A stretch of 64,000 nt of DNA from the IMG/VR virus record IMGVR_UViG_3300027796_000194; one strand, written 5' to 3'. Shown in pieces: positions 57,768-64,000 of this stretch (position 1 is the stretch's first letter; every line of letters starts with the position of its first letter). The notes under the pieces were generated by a model. It was given only the letters and a program-made list of their open reading frames with translations, had not been told where the DNA came from and made no database searches. Source of the DNA: an uncultured virus (IMG/VR IMGVR_UViG_3300027796_000194) (lineage: Duplodnaviria; Heunggongvirae; Uroviricota; Caudoviricetes). The translations under genes and the position numbers were made by a program.

Positions 57768-58415
57768 ATGATTAGTGCTGCACAAGTTCGAGCTGCCCGC
57801 GCCTTATTGAAATGGGAGAATACCGATCTTGCCGAAAAGACAGGGTTCGGAAGCAATACCATTAGCCTTATTGAAAATGAGAAAACTCAGCCCCGCAGTT
57901 CAACTATGGAAAAGCTGCAATCCGTCTTTGAAGAGGCTGGGGTCGAATTTACGGGTAATGGCGGCGTCCAATGGGCTGGACATCAAGTCAGAACCCTAAC
58001 GGGGGTAAGCGGTCTTAAAGCCTTCTTCGATGATGTTAGGTATGTAGCGCAACATTCAACAGAAGAAATCGTTATCTGCGGCATTGCTGAAGAATATCTT
58101 GAAAAAAAGCTCGGAGATTTTGTTGATTACCAGCGAAAAGAGATGGCTTCATACGACAAACTAAGAATGAGATGTCTTATTGAAGAAAGCGATCTCGATC
58201 TTGGCGCATCAGACTATTGTAAATATCGTTGGCAAGCTAAAGAAAATTTTTCAAATGTTCCTTTTTATATATATGGGGACAAAATGGCAATCATCGTAAC
58301 AACCGCACCGGAAGATCCTCTTATTCTTTTAATACAAAACAAAACCATTACGAGTGCCTATCGCCGTCAATTTGAAGCTATGTGGGCGGCGGCAAAAGAA
58401 CCAAAAGTAAAATAA
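57768..58415 (+). CDS. XRE HTH fused to a TrmB/PLD-like sensor domain
   Basis: 'ISAAQVRAARALLKW', C-terminal 'PFYIYGDKMAI...AYRRQFEAMW'. SD GGGGAGG. Confidence 0.8.
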   Translation: MISAAQVRAARALLKWENTDLAEKTGFGSNTISLIENEKTQPRSSTMEKLQSVFEEAGVEFTGNGGVQWAGHQVRTLTGVSGLKAFFDDVRYVAQHSTEEIVICGIAEEYLEKKLGDFVDYQRKEMASYDKLRMRCLIEESDLDLGASDYCKYRWQAKENFSNVPFYIYGDKMAIIVTTAPEDPLILLIQNKTITSAYRRQFEAMWAAAKEPKVK

Positions 58416-58427
58416 GGATCATTTATT

Positions 58428-59363
58428 ATGAACGCACAAATCCAAAAACAAATTGAGGCTTCTGCTTTTAATCAAGCCATACACGAATGGCTTTCCGGTC
58501 AAACTACAGGACATCTTGGCGCTTACATGTACACAGAGGATCGAGATGATCATCGCTGGAAAGATGGGCATAGCGCAGAATCCTATTATCTTGGCCGCGA
58601 TGACAAAGCAACTTTTGATCTTGCCGTAAAAGAGCTCAACCTTAATGTGAAACATTTTTTTGATCTTGGCCCTGGCGGAGAAGCCTCTGTCCGAGCCAAA
58701 AGCCTTCCTTTCATGAAGGCGTTGGGTGCAACAGAATATTTCCCCGTTGATTTGTCCCCGACACTAGCGAATGAAGCGCTGTCAACTATGAAGATGAACA
58801 TTCCTGCTGTGAGTGGGAAACCGTTAATCGCTGATTTTTTTGATAGTATCCCTGAGCACAGAAACAACTCCCTTCTTGCTATCGTGGGGGGAACCATTGG
58901 CAATTTTGAAACACATACAAGCAAAGCAGATTTGCTAACCCGATTGTCAGAAATCTTCTCCATCTACAGAAGTGCTGTTGGCGAAAACAGTTATTTTCTT
59001 GTTAGCTTTGATGCAAACACGAATGAAAAGGAAATTGTGGGCGCTTATGATTGTCCTCAATTCGATTATCTAATTCGGGGCTGCGTTGAGCGCGCGATTG
59101 ATACCAACGGTTTTGATTATCATGTCAATTGGACGCCTGATAACTATCAGCTTGCCTTGGGATTTAAGTCCAATAGAGATCAAATAGTCTTTTTTGATGG
59201 TGCTCAATATGCAATCGAGGAAGGCGAATATCTGCCTGTCCTTAATTCCTATCGCTTCCCTGTTTCTTTTGTTGCCGAGGCTGCAAAAAAAGCAGGATGG
59301 GGTTATAAGAACACATGGTCGGCCACGGGGCGCACTCATTATATGTTATTTGCTGCTGTTTAG
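58428..59363 (+). CDS. EgtD-like SAM-dependent methyltransferase
   Basis: 'YYLGRDD', 'DLGPG', 'PVDLS', 'ADFF', 'GGTIGNF', 'AYD', 'NSYRF'. Confidence 0.8.
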   Translation: MNAQIQKQIEASAFNQAIHEWLSGQTTGHLGAYMYTEDRDDHRWKDGHSAESYYLGRDDKATFDLAVKELNLNVKHFFDLGPGGEASVRAKSLPFMKALGATEYFPVDLSPTLANEALSTMKMNIPAVSGKPLIADFFDSIPEHRNNSLLAIVGGTIGNFETHTSKADLLTRLSEIFSIYRSAVGENSYFLVSFDANTNEKEIVGAYDCPQFDYLIRGCVERAIDTNGFDYHVNWTPDNYQLALGFKSNRDQIVFFDGAQYAIEEGEYLPVLNSYRFPVSFVAEAAKKAGWGYKNTWSATGRTHYMLFAAV

Positions 59364-59411
59364 TTTTAAGCCGTTTCTTGCAATAAACAGGTAACGACAT
59401 TTACGTTTTTT

Positions 59412-59440
59412 GCTGGTTTTTCAACGCGATAAAAACCAGC
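59412..59440 (+). terminator. Stem-loop after the methyltransferase gene
   Basis: GCTGGTTTTT...AAAAACCAGC. Confidence 0.4.
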
Positions 59441-59525
59441 CCTTTAATCAGCACGGCATCATTTTTCATTGCTTTTCAGGATATCCCCTGAAGCCAGTGC
59501 GATTTTTATTGCTTTCGCCGCAATG

Positions 59526-59544
59526 TGTTGGCATATTACCAACA
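59526..59544. promoter_or_regulatory. Palindromic operator, copy 1
   Basis: TGTTGGCATATTACCAACA. Exact inverted copy at 60478-60496. Confidence 0.7.
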
Positions 59545-59610
59545 TTGTTGCCCGCTGGGCAGTGGCCTAATTGAGGAGGAGCCTCTTCGCTGGAGAGGTC
59601 TGGTTTGTTT

Positions 59611-59886
59611 ATGAGTTTTAAGAACGACTTGCTTCAGAATGGCGTAACAGAACAAAAAGCGGCTTATGTAACGCAAGGCTTCCTCGAATTACTTAGCGGA
59701 CAAATGACTCTTGCCTCGGAAGACGCAGACCTTGCCGTCAGTCTTTTCAAAGCTGGCCGAGCGGATGAGTTGAACGCCGCGCTTCAAGCGATGGGGCGGA
59801 GACTTGCCGAAGCTGTCTTTTCGTATAGGACAGCCTCTTTGTTGATAGAAAAAGACGGTGATGACAGCCAGATCAGGCTGCTTTGA
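59611..59886 (+). CDS. Hypothetical protein
   Basis: 91-aa ORF downstream of the operator, convergent with the repressor gene. Confidence 0.55.
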   Translation: MSFKNDLLQNGVTEQKAAYVTQGFLELLSGQMTLASEDADLAVSLFKAGRADELNAALQAMGRRLAEAVFSYRTASLLIEKDGDDSQIRLL

Positions 59887-60300
59887 TTAAGCGGCCCCTT
59901 TTTGTTTTTGGGTCGTCCTCACGATAGAAAAAGCCAGTTCTCTTGTCTGCTCAACGCTTAAGTTATGGCGGATGGTATCGTTATAGATAAACGAAATCCA
60001 CGAAGCGAGTTCTTTGGGGCCGAGTATCGCGCCCACCTCTTCGCAAGCCTCAAAGATAAAACCTATCACAGAGCCTAAGAGCGCCTGATCGCAAGTCGAA
60101 GGCAACCCAAGATCAATATCAACGATTTCATTCGGTGAGAGATTCAGCACCCTGCTGAACTTAAGAAGCCACTCGATGGTGAGCTTTCTTTGTCCGTTTA
60201 CAACGCGGCTGACCTCCGAATAATCCTCTCCCATCTGCTTTGCCAATGGGCGGATTCCGAGATCCCGTGTCGTCACAATTTCTTTAAGTCGATGTTTCAT
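59887..60300 (-). CDS. XRE-family repressor candidate (no S24 domain)
   Basis: 'HRLKEI...LAKQMG...VSRVVNGQRKLTIEWL'. Divergent from the replication operon. Confidence 0.8.
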   Translation of the reverse strand: MKHRLKEIVTTRDLGIRPLAKQMGEDYSEVSRVVNGQRKLTIEWLLKFSRVLNLSPNEIVDIDLGLPSTCDQALLGSVIGFIFEACEEVGAILGPKELASWISFIYNDTIRHNLSVEQTRELAFSIVRTTQKQKGAA

Positions 60301-60477
60301 ACCCTGATCATTCCCGAAGATTCCTGAGAGAACATTATAGACAGTTCTCGGCCTCATTTCAACGGAGACGATGCCATAACGCCAACGATATAGCAAGGCG
60401 GAAGCTGGCTGTTTTACTTTCGTTCACCATGAACCACGCTGTTTTTTAAACTTTTAGAAGATTCCTGCTTGCCTAGC

Positions 60478-60496
60478 TGTTGGTAATATGCCAACA
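60478..60496. promoter_or_regulatory. Palindromic operator, copy 2
   Basis: TGTTGGTAATATGCCAACA, between the repressor and primase-like genes. Confidence 0.7.
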
Positions 60497-60595
60497 CTTA
60501 GGAACGGGAACAAGCAAAGACAGAAATGATTCTGCCAGAAGGCCATACAGTTTTTGCTGATCGTTCTGATTTCTCTCACTTTTTCGGGTATTGCC

Positions 60596-61657
60596 ATGAA
60601 CGAACGTAGGACAGATACGGACGCAATTGCGTCTGCTTTCAGAGAAAAAGCATCAGTAAAACGGGTCGAAGCCAATCGCTCGATCCGGCTTCAGGATATA
60701 GATCAAGCTAACGCGGCGCATGACCTTGTCGCACTGGTAAGCGAGAAAGTCCGCCTTGCCCGAAGTGGTGACACATGGCGCGGCTTTTGCCCCTTTCACG
60801 GCGATCAACGCCTTTCAACATTTACCGTTAACCCCAAGGCGAACCATTACGCCTGCTCTGTTTGTGGCGCGGAAGGTGACGCTCTTTCTTGGATTATGGA
60901 AACTCAAGGATTGAGTTTTGCCCAAGTGGTAGCTCTGTCGCTTAAAAAGCCTCTCATCGAACCCCGTACCCAGCAAGAAACTATTGGCGCGGCGTTGCAC
61001 TACGCGGACTTGCCCCCGTCTGACGAGGCCATCAGGCAGCATAAGCGTGAAATGGCAGAAAAAATCTGGAAAGAAAGTCGGTCGCCTGCACACAGCCTTG
61101 TCGAACGCTATCTTTTTACGCGCGGGCTTATCTTCAACGACTCTTTTCCAGAGAGCATTCGTTTTCATTCAAATCTTTATCATGACCCCACCAGAATGCA
61201 ATTTCCTGCAATGGTCGCTATGGCGCAAACCATAGACGGCGGGTTTGCCGGAATTCATCGCACCTATCTTGCTCCAAGCGGCATTGATACGGCGCATGTC
61301 GCGCAAGGCACCATTCGCCGCATGTTTGGTGAATGCTTCGGTGCTTATGTCCATGTTCAAGAGAGCAATCCAGAAAAAATCGTCATTACCGAGACGATTG
61401 AATCGGCGCTGACTATTGCGCGCGCCTGTCCAGACCTAACGGTCTATGCGTCAATGACCTTGAATAATCTGAAAGCACCTGTGCCAAAAGGGGCCAAGGA
61501 ACTGATTTTGTGCCCAGAGGGGAACAACAGCAATCCGCATATGGCCGAGCGCATTTTGGTAGAAGCCTCGCTGGAGCATAGCCAGCGAGGACACCGCGTG
61601 TTTGTTGCTCGCGCTCCGCAAGGGTTGGAGTTTTCCGACCTGCTTTTGGTAGAATAG
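60596..61657 (+). CDS. CHC2 zinc-finger primase-like protein with degenerate TOPRIM
   Basis: 'CPFHGD...CSVCGAEGDAL', 'GIHRTYL', 'ITETIESAL'. Confidence 0.8.
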   Translation: MNERRTDTDAIASAFREKASVKRVEANRSIRLQDIDQANAAHDLVALVSEKVRLARSGDTWRGFCPFHGDQRLSTFTVNPKANHYACSVCGAEGDALSWIMETQGLSFAQVVALSLKKPLIEPRTQQETIGAALHYADLPPSDEAIRQHKREMAEKIWKESRSPAHSLVERYLFTRGLIFNDSFPESIRFHSNLYHDPTRMQFPAMVAMAQTIDGGFAGIHRTYLAPSGIDTAHVAQGTIRRMFGECFGAYVHVQESNPEKIVITETIESALTIARACPDLTVYASMTLNNLKAPVPKGAKELILCPEGNNSNPHMAERILVEASLEHSQRGHRVFVARAPQGLEFSDLLLVE

Positions 61658-61661
61658 GGGA

Positions 61662-62657
61662 TTGAATGTTCTCGATCTCTTCTCAGGCATCGGCGGATTC
61701 TCTCTCGGTCTCGAAGCCGCAGGAATGCGAACCGCCGCTTTTTGCGAGGTTGAACCTTATTGCCGCGCCGTCTTGCGAAAGCACTGGCCGGACGTGCCGA
61801 TCCACAAGGACGTGCGCGCGCTCGACGGCGGGCAATACAGGGGCGCAGTCGAGCTTGTTTGCGGGGGATACCCTTGCCAGCCCTTCAGCATGGCAGGACG
61901 AAGGCGTGGCGAGGAAGATGAAAGACATCTCTGGCCGGAGATGTATCGCCTTGTTCGAGAGATCAGGCCGCGATGGGTCGTTGCCGAAAATGTTGCTGGA
62001 CATATTAGCCTCGGCTTCGACGAAGTTGCCTCATCGTTGGAAGCTGAAGGCTTCACCGTCTGGCCGTTTATTGTTCCAGCTTGCGCCGTTGGCGCGCCGC
62101 ACAGACGAGACCGCGTGTGGATTGTGGGCCATGCCCAACACAATGGACCATCTTCCGCAGCGGTCGCCGGAAGCACTCTTGCATCAAGCCCAGACAACGC
62201 GGAAAGGACGCACGAGGCCGGCCAATCTATGGGAGCAAGTCAATCCAACGACGATGGCCTTATGGCCAACGCCGGATGTTCGGGGATTCACGAACGATGG
62301 GGCGCTCCTCATGCTGAAGGAGAAATGCCACAGCCGCGAAGAATGGGCGGCGATGGCTTATCGGTCAGGATCGGCGCAGAAGCAGAAGCTTTGGCCGACG
62401 CCAAACGCCAGCGATTGTCGAGACAGGGGGAATCTGAGCCATCCTGTTGTGCAGCGCCGCGCTGCCAAGGGGAAGCAGCTTGGCTTGAGCATGGTCGTGT
62501 CGGAGAGCAGTGGTCAATTGAACCCAACGTGGGTCGAGTGGCTCATGGGATTCCCAACCGAGTGGAGCGTTTGCGCGCCCTCGGCAATGCCGTCGTACCG
62601 CAAATCCCGTTCCTCATCGGGCAAGCCATTTTGCGATACGAGCAGGAGATGAGCTGA
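61662..62657 (+). CDS. dcm: C5 DNA cytosine methyltransferase, alpha polypeptide (motifs I-VIII and X)
   Basis: 'DLFSGIGG', 'GGYPCQPFS', 'ENV', 'PHRRDRVWI', 'RLRALGNAVVP'. Confidence 0.9.
   Translation: MNVLDLFSGIGGFSLGLEAAGMRTAAFCEVEPYCRAVLRKHWPDVPIHKDVRALDGGQYRGAVELVCGGYPCQPFSMAGRRRGEEDERHLWPEMYRLVREIRPRWVVAENVAGHISLGFDEVASSLEAEGFTVWPFIVPACAVGAPHRRDRVWIVGHAQHNGPSSAAVAGSTLASSPDNAERTHEAGQSMGASQSNDDGLMANAGCSGIHERWGAPHAEGEMPQPRRMGGDGLSVRIGAEAEALADAKRQRLSRQGESEPSCCAAPRCQGEAAWLEHGRVGEQWSIEPNVGRVAHGIPNRVERLRALGNAVVPQIPFLIGQAILRYEQEMS
61918..62652 (+). CDS. Overprinted +1-frame C5-MTase beta polypeptide (TRD-like repeats and motif IX)
   Basis: Frame is stop-free from 61666 to 62652. Three 'LW(P/A)(T/M)P' repeats and 'LNPTWVEWLMGFPTEW'. 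Start uncertain. Confidence 0.7.
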   Translation: MKDISGRRCIALFERSGRDGSLPKMLLDILASASTKLPHRWKLKASPSGRLLFQLAPLARRTDETACGLWAMPNTMDHLPQRSPEALLHQAQTTRKGRTRPANLWEQVNPTTMALWPTPDVRGFTNDGALLMLKEKCHSREEWAAMAYRSGSAQKQKLWPTPNASDCRDRGNLSHPVVQRRAAKGKQLGLSMVVSESSGQLNPTWVEWLMGFPTEWSVCAPSAMPSYRKSRSSSGKPFCDTSRR

Positions 62658-62911
62658 TGCACTATCAGCGTTTCTTCGCACTGTGTACTCATCTTGATGG
62701 CAATCGTATCGTTCCTTCCAATATAGACCCCATAGCAAGTTTACCGCTTGGGGAAGCCAGTGACTTATGCTGTCGCGACTCTTCAGGAAAGGGTCGCGTT
62801 AGCGAAGAGTCCTTTCAGAAGATTCGTTCCTTCCGCAAGAAAATGGCGGAATGGGATCGCGATTACGGCTGGGTTGGCTCCAAGGATTATCAGGGGAGCC
62901 GCCCCAAATGA
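62657..62911 (+). CDS. Hypothetical protein
   Basis: Translationally coupled on both sides. Confidence 0.55.
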   Translation: MHYQRFFALCTHLDGNRIVPSNIDPIASLPLGEASDLCCRDSSGKGRVSEESFQKIRSFRKKMAEWDRDYGWVGSKDYQGSRPK

Positions 62912-63957
62912 AATTATCCTACCCATGGAGCAAATTCTATTGGAGCGACTGGGAAAACGACCCAGCGCTTCGCGTGTGTTCGCTTAACGCACAAGGCCTT
63001 TGGATGCGGCTTCTGTGCATCGCGGCAAGATCCATCCCGACCGGGTTCATAGTCATAGCTGGACGACCTTGCTCCTCTACGGACATCGCTCTTTTGACCG
63101 GTGTTGCCGAACAGGAGGTTGAAAGGCTGCTTGATGAGCTTTCCCGAAACGGTGTTTTTTCCCGCGATGTTAAAGGTCGCATTTTTTGCAGGCGCATGGT
63201 GCGCGACACACACATACGAGCCAGATTGCGCAAGAATGGCGCGAAAGGAGGGCAGAGCAGCTATTTGAATCAGAAAGGCATTTTTGCGCCGGACGAGCAA
63301 ACGTCCGAGCAAGGCTCCGAGCAGGAGTCCGAGCCTAAGAAACAAGAGTCAGAAATTCAGAAAAGAATAACCCCCGAAAGCCCCCCTGTGGTTTTTGACG
63401 GCAACGCTGGAGGTGCGTCTTCCGTCGAAAAACGAGGCAGGCCGAAAGCCGTTGTCAGCAACCTTCCGCAGGATTGGTCTTTGCCTGACGAATGGCGCGA
63501 GACAGCGCTTGAGCGAAATTGGGCAAGCGGGGCAATCAGCAAGCAGGCCGTGAAGTTCAAACAGTATTTTGGATTTGGCAAAGGCAGCGACATTCGTCGC
63601 AGCGAAAAAGGCTGGCGACAAACGTGGCTCAATTGGCTAGATCGAGCGTTGAAGATTGATCCTAACGCGGCAACCTTTGGTCAAGCGGATAGCCCAGCAG
63701 TGCCTACAAGCTATCCGCCCTTGCCGGAACCCGTGCGCCAAAAATTGCAAGGGCATTTTGTCTTCAACGAAAGTTTCGTTCAGCGATGGTTGTCGCCTTG
63801 TCTCATTGACCTTGAGGCAGGCCGCATCATCGCGCCCTCACGTTTTCACGCCGACTATCTGGAAGGTCGTCATGGAGCGGCGCTGGAACACGCGCTGGGC
63901 CGCCTCCTTACTTTCACCGTCTCCCAAGACATACATACACAGGAAGGCAAGAAATGA
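62908..63957 (+). CDS. Phage replication initiator-like protein (N-terminal wHTH, C-terminal DnaA-N-like domain)
   Basis: 'WSKFYWSDW..DPALR.CS..AQGLWMRLLC', 'GVFSRD..GRIFCRRMVRD', 'APSRFHADYL'. Confidence 0.8.
   Translation: MKLSYPWSKFYWSDWENDPALRVCSLNAQGLWMRLLCIAARSIPTGFIVIAGRPCSSTDIALLTGVAEQEVERLLDELSRNGVFSRDVKGRIFCRRMVRDTHIRARLRKNGAKGGQSSYLNQKGIFAPDEQTSEQGSEQESEPKKQESEIQKRITPESPPVVFDGNAGGASSVEKRGRPKAVVSNLPQDWSLPDEWRETALERNWASGAISKQAVKFKQYFGFGKGSDIRRSEKGWRQTWLNWLDRALKIDPNAATFGQADSPAVPTSYPPLPEPVRQKLQGHFVFNESFVQRWLSPCLIDLEAGRIIAPSRFHADYLEGRHGAALEHALGRLLTFTVSQDIHTQEGKK
63291..63337 (+). repeat. Four 12-bp-period repeats (iteron/origin candidate)
   Basis: CGAGC core at 63294, 63306, 63318 and 63330, inside the initiator gene. 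Confidence 0.5.
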
Positions 63958-64000
63958 TGGAAAAACAGCCATTCTTGGCAAAATATCTTTCCATAATCAA
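63954..64000 (+). CDS. Partial ORF running off the window
   Basis: ATGA overlap with the initiator stop; AGGAAGG SD. Confidence 0.45.
   Translation, partial: MMEKQPFLAKYLSII

Larger units (their letters stand above)
22125..64000. mobile_element. Prophage (siphovirus-like; lambda-type head, GTA-type tail), running off the right end
   Basis: Contiguous head-tail-lysis genes followed by regulatory and replication genes. Boundaries are uncertain. Confidence 0.75.

Noticed and set aside
58428..59363. Ergothioneine biosynthesis locus
   Set aside because: No egtB or egtC partner is present, so only family-level similarity is claimed.
1..64000. CRISPR array, reverse transcriptase (retron/DGR), IS transposase, rRNA
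   Set aside because: I saw no regularly spaced repeats and no RT or DDE motifs in the ORF track.

Overview
The window is almost entirely mobile DNA. The host is probably an alphaproteobacterium (CtrA box, RcGTA-type tail genes). (1) 1-2.2 kb holds relics: tRNA-3'-end-like att fragments, a frameshifted yafQ-like remnant and a recombinase-like C-terminal relic. (2) About 2.2-21.2 kb is a P4/PICI-like satellite island with a tyrosine integrase, AlpA, an HTH protein and a lambda-like cos-type site. Its cargo is defence-like: an Mrr-like nuclease, a NERD/SEC-C protein, two DUF5677-like proteins, and a four-gene operon of PIN protein, PD-(D/E)XK nuclease, OLD/GajA-like nuclease and UvrD/GajB-like helicase. 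(3) About 22.1-43.6 kb is a siphovirus morphogenesis and lysis module (lambda-like head, GTA-like tail). No terminase is in view, and it carries morons (hemerythrin, DUF4268 nuclease). (4) 44.0-53.2 kb is an unusual five-gene minus-strand operon: membrane protein, VirD4-like ATPase, immunity-like/pseudo-RelA-SpoT fusion, stand-alone immunity-like paralogue, and a RelA/SpoT-type synthetase on a ~750-aa acidic stalk. This is my best candidate for an undescribed system. (5) 53.2-64 kb is an early/regulatory region with five XRE regulators, duplicated NUDIX-like units, an EgtD-like methyltransferase, a primase-like protein, a C5 DNA methyltransferase with a second subunit overprinted in the +1 frame, and a replication initiator. 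Two homologous C4-like antisense RNA modules with co-varying target sites lie at ~17.0 kb and ~32.5 kb. All family calls come from motif recognition by eye; no searches were run.
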